A DNA stretch of 61,741 nucleotides, counting the filler, from an uncultured bacterium (GTDB lineage: Bacteria > CAYSBA01), in the NCBI GenBank assembly GCA_964429075.1. It is 18 parts of 18 records of this genome, joined end to end, with 100 filler letters (N's around TTAATTAATTAA, not from the genome) between each part and the next. Parts side by side here need not be neighbours in the genome. Positions count along the whole stretch, not along the records: positions 51,955 to 55,156 come from CAYSBA010000218.1; positions 55,257 to 58,457 come from CAYSBA010000219.1; positions 58,558 to 61,741 come from CAYSBA010000220.1; 15 more parts are not named here. The stretch is one strand, 5' to 3'. The notes below the pieces were generated by a model. The model saw only the letters and a list, made by a program, of their open reading frames with translations, was not told where the DNA came from and did no database searches. Positions 52,294-61,741 of the stretch are shown here, piece after piece; the first letter of the stretch is position 1; each line of letters opens with the position of its first letter. A program made the position numbers and the translations under genes.

Positions 52294-53136
52294 TTGGAAG
52301 CCAGACATGAACTGTGGGTAGGTGAATTTCAAACCGACCACCTTAGACTCTCATTTAGAGTTAAGGATTGTCTATACTGTGGTAGTAGTGAGTATCAATC
52401 GATTATGGTAGTTGATACATACCAGTATGGAAGGATGCTTTTTCTGGATAATTGTGTCATGCTCTCTGAGAAGGATGAGTTTGTCTATCATGAGACAATA
52501 GTTCATCCTGCCCTTCTTAGTCTTGGAGACCCAAAGCGGGTATTGATTATTGGTGGAGGTGATGGAGGTACTGCAAGGGAGGTGTTAAAACACAGATCGG
52601 TAGAACAGATAGATCAGGTAGAGATAGATGGTAAGGTAGTTGAAGTATCCAAGAAATATTTCCCTGCACTTTCCGCATCATTTGATGACCCCAGGGTAAA
52701 TCTGATGATTGGAGATGGTGTAGACTATGTAAAGACCACAGATAAACAGTATGATGTTATAATAATTGACTCAACCGACCCTGTTAAATTTGCAAAGCCC
52801 CTTTTTGATCGCGTTTTCTATGAACATTGCGATAGAATTTTAACTGAACGTGGGATCGTTATAAGTCAGATTGGTGATTTCTACACAACCCTCAATTATG
52901 TTGCCGACAAACTCAATATCTTAAGAGATATATTCAAACATGCCCTTGTATTAAGGGCTGATATCCCTGTATATCCAACAGGCAACTGGCTTTTTGTTAT
53001 GGGTAGTAAATGTATTGATCCCAGAGAAAATGTCCCCGATTTCCCTGACACTTTTAATCTAAAATACCTGAACAAAGATATGTATAGAGCACTATTTGCC
53101 ATCCCCAACTTTGCAAGGAATGTCCTTGAACTCTAA
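52294..53136 (+). CDS. speE: Polyamine aminopropyltransferase (spermidine synthase)
   Basis: SEYQ, DEFVYHE, VLIIGGGDGG, VEID, IIDSTDP. TTG start at 52294 after a GGAGGAG RBS. Confidence 0.93.
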   Translation: MEARHELWVGEFQTDHLRLSFRVKDCLYCGSSEYQSIMVVDTYQYGRMLFLDNCVMLSEKDEFVYHETIVHPALLSLGDPKRVLIIGGGDGGTAREVLKHRSVEQIDQVEIDGKVVEVSKKYFPALSASFDDPRVNLMIGDGVDYVKTTDKQYDVIIIDSTDPVKFAKPLFDRVFYEHCDRILTERGIVISQIGDFYTTLNYVADKLNILRDIFKHALVLRADIPVYPTGNWLFVMGSKCIDPRENVPDFPDTFNLKYLNKDMYRALFAIPNFARNVLEL

Positions 53137-54010
53137 ATCCTTTTGTGGCAGTAAAACCACAAGTGATTGCTGCGATATTTTTCTATTAGGTATCCCACTC
53201 GACAAGACATCTACATTTAGAGATGGTTCACAAAAGGCACCTGAAGAGATAAGATACTTTTCTCACTCAATCGAGACCTTTTCATCTATCTACAGGCTGG
53301 AGACACAAAACAGATTCTGCGATCTTGGAGATCTACTACTCAAAGATGACAATCTTTTTGTATTATCCAGTCAAATAAAAAGAGAGTTAAAAAAACTGAT
53401 TTCATCACTCCAAGGAAGATTCTTATTTATTGGTGGAGAACATCTTATAACCCTATTTATTCTTGAAAGCCTCTTTGAGNNNNNNNNNNTTGTAGTACAG
53501 CTTGATGCACATTCGGATATGAGAGACAACTACGAAGGAAGTAGAATAAATCATGCAACTGTGATGCGGAGATCCCTTGATCTTGAGTTTATAGATTGTG
53601 TATTGGCTTATGGTATAAGGTCTTTGAGCAGAGAAGAGTTTGTCTATATTAATAAAACCGAGAGATACACAATTTTTGATAACATAGATAGCCTTGTAGA
53701 AAGGTTAAAAAAAGAATTAAAAAATGATGGTAACAGATATATCTATATTAGTCTGGATTTTGACTTTTTTGATCCTTCCTTCTTACCGGCCGTTACAAAT
53801 CCAGAACCAATGGGAAGTGGATTTGAAGATTTTATCGGTTTTTTAAATTTACTTGGTCCCCTGTCGCAATGGATAATTGCTTTTGATTTTGTAGAACTTG
53901 CTCCCGTATATGATCCATCCGGCAGGTCCTCAGTTTTTGCAGCCTCCTGTATAAGGGAGACTATTTCATTTCTTTTAAAGAATACCTCTTTGCAGGATCA
54001 GAATAACTGA
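53120..54010 (+). CDS. speB: Agmatinase/ureohydrolase
   Basis: GIPLDKTSTFRDGSQKAP, GGEH, QLDAHSD, SLDFDFFDP, PEPMG, VELAP. A 10-N gap lies at 53480-53489. Confidence 0.88.
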   Translation: MSLNSKSFCGSKTTSDCCDIFLLGIPLDKTSTFRDGSQKAPEEIRYFSHSIETFSSIYRLETQNRFCDLGDLLLKDDNLFVLSSQIKRELKKLISSLQGRFLFIGGEHLITLFILESLFEXXXXVVQLDAHSDMRDNYEGSRINHATVMRRSLDLEFIDCVLAYGIRSLSREEFVYINKTERYTIFDNIDSLVERLKKELKNDGNRYIYISLDFDFFDPSFLPAVTNPEPMGSGFEDFIGFLNLLGPLSQWIIAFDFVELAPVYDPSGRSSVFAASCIRETISFLLKNTSLQDQNN

Positions 54011-54608
54011 GCCATTTAAGGTATAATTGATTGATCTCCTGCTCAGAGAGGTGTTCGAGCTGAAAAGGGGATAGATAGATCCTTGTGAGTGCTATTGCAA
54101 CACTGGCACCAACATTGAAACTACCGGTAAAACCAAACATCTCCATCTTAAAATATCCATCTGCATGTTGTAATACCGTTTGACTTATCCCGGTATGTTC
54201 ATTACCAAAAAAGAGGGCTATTTTTTTAAAGTCAGCAATTGATTCTTCAAGGGTTTTTGTTGCGCCAAGATCAGAAGCAATTATTGCAAAACCATCATTT
54301 TTGAGAATCTGTATACACTCTTGTGGTTCATGATGGATGTGAATGTCTATCCACTTTTCACAACCCTTTGTTACCCCCCTGTTGACCTTAAAGGGAGTCT
54401 CTTTAGTGTCTATTATATGTATATGCTGTATTGCGTATGCCTCACATGTCCTCAGACAGGCAGAGACATTAAATGGATCATACAGATCCTCAAGTACAAC
54501 CCTTATATTTTTTACACGCTTAGATGCAACCTGAATGTAAAGTTTTTTTCTACGCTCTGTAAGAAAACTCTCAAGATAAGATATCCTGCTATCTTTACTC
54601 TGTGTCAT
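53961..54608 (-). CDS. trmH: tRNA (Gm18) 2'-O-methyltransferase, TrmH/SpoU family
   Basis: VVLEDLYDPFNVSACLRTCEA, GCEKW, FGNEHTGIS, MFGFTGSFNV. Confidence 0.85.
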   Translation of the reverse strand: MTQSKDSRISYLESFLTERRKKLYIQVASKRVKNIRVVLEDLYDPFNVSACLRTCEAYAIQHIHIIDTKETPFKVNRGVTKGCEKWIDIHIHHEPQECIQILKNDGFAIIASDLGATKTLEESIADFKKIALFFGNEHTGISQTVLQHADGYFKMEMFGFTGSFNVGASVAIALTRIYLSPFQLEHLSEQEINQLYLKWLSYSDPAKRYSLKEMK

Positions 54609-54627
54609 TGATCAGAAAAATTTTTGT

Positions 54628-54658
54628 AAAAAAAAAGGGGGAAAATCCCCCCTTTTTT
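54628..54658 (-). terminator. Rho-independent (bidirectional-looking) terminator downstream of hup
   Basis: AAAAAAGGGGG-AAAATC-CCCCCTTTTTT hairpin with A/T tails on both sides. Confidence 0.75.
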
Positions 54659-54678
54659 AAATTGGACAGCTTCTCAAG

Positions 54679-54951
54679 TTACTTTACTGCTTCCCTCAGG
54701 GCCTTGCCCGCCTTAAACTTTACTGCATTTCTGGCAGGGATCTTAACCTTCTTTTTGGTTGATGGAATGTAGCCCTCTCTGGCACTTCTCTTTACAACCG
54801 AGAAGGTACCGAAACCGATAAGGGAAACAGATTCGCCCTTCTTGAGAGACTTTGTGATACCATCAAGCAGGGCCTGTAAGGCAACTTGAGCCTTAGCCTT
54901 TGAGATGCCAGCATTTTCGGCAAGGATCGCCACTAAGTCTGACTTGTTCAT
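54679..54951 (-). CDS. hup: DNA-binding protein HU
   Basis: MNKSDLV...GESVSLIGFGTF...R.AREG..P....VKFKAGKAL. GGAGG RBS before ATG 54951. Confidence 0.94.
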   Translation of the reverse strand: MNKSDLVAILAENAGISKAKAQVALQALLDGITKSLKKGESVSLIGFGTFSVVKRSAREGYIPSTKKKVKIPARNAVKFKAGKALREAVK

Positions 54952-55032
54952 ACACGCCTCCAAAAAAAATTTGTTAAACTAATAACAGCTAAAAAATAAA
55001 AAATCAAGTATTGATGAGCCCTTATGGTGTAT

Positions 55033-55155
55033 CTAAGCTTCATGTAGCTCCCTGAAGACATCTTCGAATATATTCAATGACTCCTCTATTACCCTTTCAT
55101 CGTGAGTTATACTGAGAAAGTTTGTCTCAAACTGAGAAGGTGGGATGTATATACC
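55033..55155 (-). CDS. hemL: Glutamate-1-semialdehyde 2,1-aminomutase, C-terminal fragment (absent from the ORF track)
   Basis: Manual translation gives GIYIPPSQFETNFLSITHDERVIEESL..., matching the HemL C-terminal PSQFE motif. Confidence 0.8.
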   Translation of the reverse strand, partial: GIYIPPSQFETNFLSITHDERVIEESLNIFEDVFRELHEA

Positions 55156-55256
55156 TNNNNNNNNNNNNNNNNNNNNNNNNNNNNNNNNNNNNNNNNNNNN
55201 TTAATTAATTAANNNNNNNNNNNNNNNNNNNNNNNNNNNNNNNNNNNNNNNNNNNN

Positions 55257-58200
55257 TTATTATTGTTCTTTTTATTGTGACTGTTGGAGCTGTATCATAC
55301 CTTTCTATACCAATTGAACTGACTCCATCCATAAAGGTTCCTTTTATAATAGTCTCTGTAGCCTATCCTGGGGCATCACCTGAAGAGATAGAAGAAGATA
55401 TCATAGATCCTATTGAGGAGAAACTCTCAGGTATTGAAAATATAGACAGATACAATTCAACAGCAATTGAGAATGCTGCAGTAATTGCTGTAAAGTTTCT
55501 TGACGGCTCAGATATGGATAAGGCCTATCAGGATGTCAAAGATGCGGTTGATAAGGCACTCCCAGACCTGCCAGATGATGCAAAAAGACCTGTGGTACAG
55601 CAGATATCCTTTGATGATATTCCAATAATCCAGGTATCTCTCTCTGGTAGTACAAGTTTGGATTATCTTTCCAGACTCGCAGACGATCTTAAACAGAAGA
55701 TAGAGGCAGTCCCTGGCGTATCTGAAGCTGCAATATTCGGTAAATTAGAAAAGGAGATGATTGTAGAGTTAGATCCGATTAAATTATCAGGATATGGGCT
55801 TACAGTAAGGGATATTCTCTTTCAGATACAGAACATTAATAAAAATATACCAGGTGGAATCATTGAAGGTAAAGAGAATAACATAAGACTGAGGATCACT
55901 GGAAGAGAAAACGATCCTGAAAAAATTAGAAACCTGCCTATTGTACTAAAAACAGGTGAAACGATACCTTTGAGAGTAATCGCAAAGGTCTACATTGGCT
56001 ACCAAAAGGAACAATCCTTTGCCAGAGTAAATTCAAGAAGATCTATCACCTTAGTAGTTCACAGAAAAACACACATAAATACCCTTGAAACAATTGCTGG
56101 AATCAAAAAGGTTGTTCAAAAAGAAAAACAGAACTGGCCTTCCGATATTAAGGTATACTTTACCAGAGACATGTCGCGTATGATAAAAAGGATGCTGAGT
56201 AATCTAATATCTACATCGAAGTGGGGATTTGTACTTGTAATCTTAACCCTATTTGTTGGTATGGGGATCATAAATGCCATCTTTGTAAGCTCATCCATAC
56301 CTTTAATTCTTCTGGGATCAATCGGTTTCCTTTACATAACAGGAAATTCTCTTAACAACATAAGTATATTTTCCTTTACACTTATAATAGGAATGGTTGT
56401 GGATGGCTCTATTGTTGTTGCAGAAAACATCTATAGGCATATGGAAAATGGTCTCAATGCTTTTAATGCAGCCAAAAAGGGTATTCATGAAGTTGGGGCA
56501 GCTGTTTTTTCTTCTCACCTCACAACGATAGCAGCCTTTGTCCCAATGCTCTTTATGCCTGGGGTACCAGGTCAATTTATGCGTATGATGCCCTTTGTTG
56601 TTGCAGTCTCACTTGGATTCGCAATAGTCTTCGATCACTTTATAATACCTGCAATAGCTGCAACATTTATGAAAGTAAGGAGTCAGAAGGTCTCATTACA
56701 GGCATTATACAACCTACTTGGAGCTATAAAAAACAGATTTGTGAATACTGCAGTAGTAGCAGTAGAACATCCCTTTTTAACAATCAGCTCTTTTGTCATA
56801 ATGATTATCCTCTCTGGAAGCCTTTTTGGAGCAGGAGTGATCAAGGTGATATTCTTTCCCAAAGTGGATAGAGGCCAGTTCAATGTTGATGTAAAATTAC
56901 CACCCGGAAGCTCACTGGAAAAGACGGGTAATTTTATGAAAAGGATTGAGGATAAAATTAAGAAATTCAAGGAGGTACAGAGTTACGTAACCCTTGTTGG
57001 TAGTACCGGTAGTCTTTCTACTGATTTTAGAGAAGGTGGGGCTATGGGCCCTGAGAACGGTAGAATAAATGTGGATCTGATCGATAAACACCTTAGAACT
57101 CGTACCCCCATGGACCTTGTGGATATCCTTAAAAAGGAAATAAAGTATCACCCTGGAGTGGACATAAGATACAGAATTATAAGGGAAGGACCTCCAGTTG
57201 GTGCAGATATCTCAATAAAGGTACAGGGTGAAGATTTCAAAAAGATGGGACAGATAGCTCAAAGAATAAAACGTATCCTTGAGACAATTAAGGGTACTGA
57301 AAATGTAAAATGGGATTTCGATAGCATTACACCAGAGCTTGTAGTAAATCCAATTCACCCGCTTTCAATAAATGCAGGTGGTGTTACGACTCAGGATATT
57401 GGATTAGAGCTATTCGGTGGTACCTATGGATTCACTCCTTTAAAAGTGAGTGTAGGAGGCGAGCTTATAGATCTTAGAATCAAATTTGATAAATCAAGGA
57501 TCAGCTCTCCAGATCAGATATCATACCTGAACATGCCAACAAAAACAGGTTCTATTGTATATCTGTCTGACATTAGCAGAATTAACTACAGGGGAGCACT
57601 TAGATCGATTAAACACTACAATGGCAAACGAACTATTACGATAACTGCCGATACAAGGAAAGGAGTCATTACACAAGATGTATTAAAGACTCTAAAAGAA
57701 AAAATGGATCAAAAAAAGCTGAACAAATCGAGTGCCGAAACAAAGATAATCATTGAAGGTGAAAACAAAGAAAGGACAAGGGCCTTCAGAGAGTTATTCA
57801 ATGCATACTGGATTGCAATTGTCCTTATCTTTCTGATACTAGTTGCACAATTCAAATCCTTTGTGCAACCTTTTATTATTATGATGACCCTGCCCTTTTC
57901 GTTCATAGGTGTTGTTTTTGGGCTTCTTGTAACAAATACACCCTTTGGTTTTTTATCAGCAATAGGTGTTGTTGCCCTCGCTGGTATAGTTGTAAATGAC
58001 TCAATCGTTCTTGTAGAAAGAATAAACCAACTGAGAGCAGAAGGCATGGAATTAAAAGACGCTATCAAAGATACAATTAAAACTAGGTTCAGACCGGTAA
58101 TGATGACCACCATTACAACTATTGCAGGCCTTATCCCCTTTTCACTTGGAATAGGCTCTGCATCTTCATTCTGGAAGAGCCTATCCAATAGTATAATATT

Positions 58201-58342
58201 TGGGCTTGGATTTGCTACACTCCTTACCCTGGTGCTGACACCCACCCTTTACGCTGTTCTTGTACCAAGAGGATTAAGATTCAAGATCTTTTTGACAAAG
58301 ATATTAAAACTTAACAGATCAGATGAGCCATCAGGGGCTTGA
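55257..58342 (+). CDS. RND efflux transporter permease (AcrB/CzcA family), slightly 5'-truncated
   Basis: YPGASPEEIE, GMVVDGSIVVAENIYR, GIVVNDSIVLVE, RFRPVMMTT; 12-TM pattern. Confidence 0.93.
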
Positions 58343-58375
58343 TCAAAAGCACCATTATGTCCTATAATCTGGACC

Positions 58376-58457
58376 GTGAAGGAATATTACAATATTCTTT
58401 TAATAATTGCTGCTACTTTTTTATCCTGTAATACAGAACAACAAAACTGGATAAAAG
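58376..58457 (+). CDS. Lipoprotein N-terminal fragment
   Basis: GTG start, MKEYYNILLIIAATFLSC lipobox; truncated by the linker. Confidence 0.4.
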
Positions 58458-58626
58458 NNNNNNNNNNNNNNNNNNNNNNNNNNNNNNNNNNNNNNNNNNN
58501 NTTAATTAATTAANNNNNNNNNNNNNNNNNNNNNNNNNNNNNNNNNNNNNNNNNNNNAAAAACACCTTGACATTATTAAAATCAAAGGATATCAAAACAT
58601 ATTTAATTATTTAAAAAGAGGGCAAA

Positions 58627-60909
58627 ATGGAATTTGAAAAGATCAGAAAAGAAGAGGCACTTGATTATCATTCAAGAGAAAGAAGGGGGAAGATTGAGGT
58701 TATAGCCACAAAACCCCTTACAACATCTCGTGACCTATCTCTTGCTTACACTCCTGGTGTAGCAGAGCCATGTAGAGAGATAGAAAAGGATCCTGGCCTC
58801 AGTTTTAAATATACTGCCCGTGCAAACCTTGTTGCTGTTATAACAAATGGAACAGCTGTTCTTGGACTCGGTGATATTGGTGCTGAAGCAGCAAAACCAG
58901 TTATGGAGGGTAAGGGTGTTTTATTTAAGAAATTTGCTGATATTGATGTATTCGATATTGAAATCAACACCAAGGATCCAGAGGAGTTTGTTAATATTGT
59001 AACAAAGCTTGAACCTACATTTGGAGGAATAAACCTTGAGGACATTAAAGCCCCTGAGTGCTTTTACATAGAGGAACAGCTTAAAAAGAGGATGAAAATA
59101 CCTGTATTTCATGATGATCAACATGGGACTGCCATAATATCTGCAGCAGCATTTATAAATGCACTTGAGCTTGTTCAAAAAGATCCTTCAGAGGTAAAGA
59201 TTGTCTTCAGTGGCGCTGGTGCTGCTGCAATTGCGTGTGCAAGACTATATCTTAAATTGGGTGCTAAGAAAGAAAACATCTTTATGTTTGATTCAAAGGG
59301 GCTAATTACTGTTAATAGAACAGAAGGTATGAATCCCTATAAAGCAGAATTTGCTCAAGATTGTCAGCCTATGACAATGTCTGAGGCACTCGAAGGTGCC
59401 GATATGTTTGTTGGACTGTCTGTCAAGGGTATGCTTACAAAGGATATGATAAGAAAGATGGCAAAGAATCCAATTGTCTTTGCAATGGCAAATCCAGATC
59501 CTGAGATTACCTATGAAGAAGCTATTGAGGCAAGAGACGATGTTATAATGGCGACAGGGAGGAGTGACTATCCAAATCAGGTAAATAATGTACTCGGATT
59601 CCCCTATATCTTTAGAGGTGCTCTCGATGTCATGGCCACTACAATAAACGATGAGATGAAACTTGCTGCATCAAAGGCATTAGCAAGGCTTGCAAGGGAA
59701 CCTGTGCCAGAGTCTGTAAGTCAGGCATACCAGAATAAGAAATTTAGCTTTGGCAGGGAGTACCTGATACCTAAGCCATTTGATCCAAGAGTACTGACAT
59801 GGGTCGCACCAGCAGTAGCAAGGACTGCAATGGAAACAGGTGTGGCAAGGATAAAGATTGAGGATTTTGATCAATATGTAGAACATCTCAAAAAATTGCA
59901 GGGGGAATCTTCAAGGGTAATGCGAAAGATAATTAACATAGCAAAACAGAGTCCCAAAAGGGTGGCATTTGCACAGGGAAAGGAGGAGAAGATACTACGT
60001 GCATGTCAGGTATGTCTTGACGAAAAGATATGTACACCGGTCCTGATAGGTGACCGGGACCTTATAAGAAGAAAGATAAGTGAACTTAATCTTGATCTTG
60101 GAGATATACCCATTGTTGATCCATGGCATTCTGAAAAGACCGATAAATTTGCACAGCGCCTATATGAACTTCGGGCAAGAAATGGAATCACACTCAGACA
60201 GGCCAGAAAACTTGTTAGAAGCTCGATATATTTTGGTCTTATGCTTCTTGAGTCAGGTGAGGTTGATGGATTTGTTTCTGGCCTTGGCCTTTCATACCCT
60301 GAGACAATAAGGCCTGCACTTCAGATCATAAAACCAATGGATGGAGTAAAGCGTGTTTCTGCAACATATATTATGATTCAGAAAGACAAGGTCAAATTTT
60401 TTGCTGATGCAACAATGAATATAGAGCCCACGACTGAAGATCTCGTTGAGATAACTCTAAATACTGTAAAATTTGCAAAGGATTTTGGAATTAAGCCAAG
60501 GGTAGCGATGCTAAGTTTTTCAAATTTCGGCAGTGTTGATCATCCACTTACAAGGAAGGTTAAAAGGGCAGTCCAGATGGTAAAGGAAAGGATGCCCGAT
60601 CTTATTATAGATGGTGAGATGCAGGCTGATACGGCACTTGTGCCATCAATTATAAAAAATAACTTCCCATTTTCAGTCCTTCAGGATGAGGCAAATATAT
60701 TGATATTCCCAGATCTGACCTCATGTAATATTGCCTATAAGATACTCAACAGACTCGGTGGTGCAATTGCAATCGGACCTATACTTCTTGGTATGAAAAA
60801 GCCGGTAGATGTGCTTCAGATGGATTCTTCTGTTAATGATATTGTGTACATGGCATCTATTTCTGTGATGAAGGCACAGGAGCTTGCAAAACTGATAGAT
60901 AAAATCTAA
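58627..60909 (+). CDS. maeB: NADP-dependent malic enzyme with phosphotransacetylase-like domain
   Basis: [40 protein letters not shown] domain SFSNFGS, DGEMQAD, GPILLG. Confidence 0.96.
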   Translation: MEFEKIRKEEALDYHSRERRGKIEVIATKPLTTSRDLSLAYTPGVAEPCREIEKDPGLSFKYTARANLVAVITNGTAVLGLGDIGAEAAKPVMEGKGVLFKKFADIDVFDIEINTKDPEEFVNIVTKLEPTFGGINLEDIKAPECFYIEEQLKKRMKIPVFHDDQHGTAIISAAAFINALELVQKDPSEVKIVFSGAGAAAIACARLYLKLGAKKENIFMFDSKGLITVNRTEGMNPYKAEFAQDCQPMTMSEALEGADMFVGLSVKGMLTKDMIRKMAKNPIVFAMANPDPEITYEEAIEARDDVIMATGRSDYPNQVNNVLGFPYIFRGALDVMATTINDEMKLAASKALARLAREPVPESVSQAYQNKKFSFGREYLIPKPFDPRVLTWVAPAVARTAMETGVARIKIEDFDQYVEHLKKLQGESSRVMRKIINIAKQSPKRVAFAQGKEEKILRACQVCLDEKICTPVLIGDRDLIRRKISELNLDLGDIPIVDPWHSEKTDKFAQRLYELRARNGITLRQARKLVRSSIYFGLMLLESGEVDGFVSGLGLSYPETIRPALQIIKPMDGVKRVSATYIMIQKDKVKFFADATMNIEPTTEDLVEITLNTVKFAKDFGIKPRVAMLSFSNFGSVDHPLTRKVKRAVQMVKERMPDLIIDGEMQADTALVPSIIKNNFPFSVLQDEANILIFPDLTSCNIAYKILNRLGGAIAIGPILLGMKKPVDVLQMDSSVNDIVYMASISVMKAQELAKLIDKI

Positions 60910-60925
60910 ATAATTATATAAGGGG

Positions 60926-61741
60926 ATGAAATTTCTGAAAGAATTTTTAAAAGAGATAAAGGATACTAAAAAGGAGCTATCCACAAAGCTCTTAAAGATA
61001 CCTACAAAATTAAATCCTTATGGTATTGATCGGTTTGGTTTTGATCCTAAGTTTGTAGAAAAGGCTGCATTTCCATTTGCCCTTATGTATAAAAAATATT
61101 TCAGAGTACAGGTCTACAATATAGATAATGTACCACCAGGTCGTGCTCTTTTGATAGCAAATCATTCGGGTCAGCTACCCTTTGATGGTGCAATGATAGC
61201 CCTTTCATTTTTACTTGATTGTGATCCACCACGAATGGTAAGGTCTATGGTAGAACGATGGGTACCAGAGCTACCCTTTGTCAGTGATTTTATGATAAGA
61301 ACGGGCCAGCTTGTGGGAACACCTCAAAATTGTAAGAGGTTGCTTGAAGCGGATGAGACGATTCTTGTTTTCCCAGAAGGAGTAAGAGGGATAAACAAGA
61401 CATGGTTTGAACGATACAGACTTAAAGAGTTTGGCGTGGGTTTTATGCGACTTGCCCTTGCTACCAACTCTCCAATTGTACCTGTAGCTGTAATTGGAGC
61501 TGAGGAACAGTCTATCAATCTTTATAATTCAAAGACCCTTGCAAAACTATTCAATGCACCATCTTTCCCTATCACCCTTATACCTCTGTTAGGGCTTTTA
61601 CCTTTACCAACAAAGTACCATATTTATTATGGCAAGCCCATGAAATTTGAGGGTGATCCTGATGAGGAGGATGAGGTAATCAGGGAAAAGGTAAAGGTGG
61701 TAAAGGTTGCAATACAGACTCTTATCAGAGAGGGTCTGAAA
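60926..61741 (+). CDS. PlsC-family (lyso)phospholipid acyltransferase, running off the window end (absent from the ORF track)
   Basis: Manual translation: YGIDRFGFDP, YFRV, ANHSGQLPFDG (NHxxxxxD), VFPEG, GFMRLAL, PIVPVAVIGAEE. Confidence 0.85.
   Translation, partial: MKFLKEFLKEIKDTKKELSTKLLKIPTKLNPYGIDRFGFDPKFVEKAAFPFALMYKKYFRVQVYNIDNVPPGRALLIANHSGQLPFDGAMIALSFLLDCDPPRMVRSMVERWVPELPFVSDFMIRTGQLVGTPQNCKRLLEADETILVFPEGVRGINKTWFERYRLKEFGVGFMRLALATNSPIVPVAVIGAEEQSINLYNSKTLAKLFNAPSFPITLIPLLGLLPLPTKYHIYYGKPMKFEGDPDEEDEVIREKVKVVKVAIQTLIREGLK

Overview
This window is not one locus. It is 18 unrelated scaffolds of about 3.2-3.5 kb, joined in descending size order by 17 artificial 100-bp linkers (44 N + TTAATTAATTAA + 44 N), so neighbourhoods are valid only within a scaffold and most edge genes are truncated. 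The DNA is visibly AT-rich. It mixes housekeeping genes (cysS, purQ/purL, ppdK, ssb, pyrE, hup, maeB, lptF/G, tRNA-Arg(CCG), speE/speB) with myxobacterial/deltaproteobacterial-style surface proteins (Cys-rich lipoproteins, MYXO-CTERM-like tails, FHA and PilZ proteins). The standout is scaffold 41872-45173, a tightly packed minus-strand operon: CARF-like fragment, then a TPR/AEP/Fe-S-type CRISPR-associated primase-polymerase (CAPP-like), cas1, and cas2 (missing from the ORF track). No CRISPR array is in view. Other notable items: a Cys-rich-stalk + ComEC-type nuclease + lamin-tail-domain protein, a BPI/LBP-like lipoprotein, a degenerate histidine kinase, a chimeric rsmD/M42-peptidase junction, and two candidate operators (PhaR-like and SmtB/CadC-like). 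All family calls come from motif recognition by eye; no searches were run.
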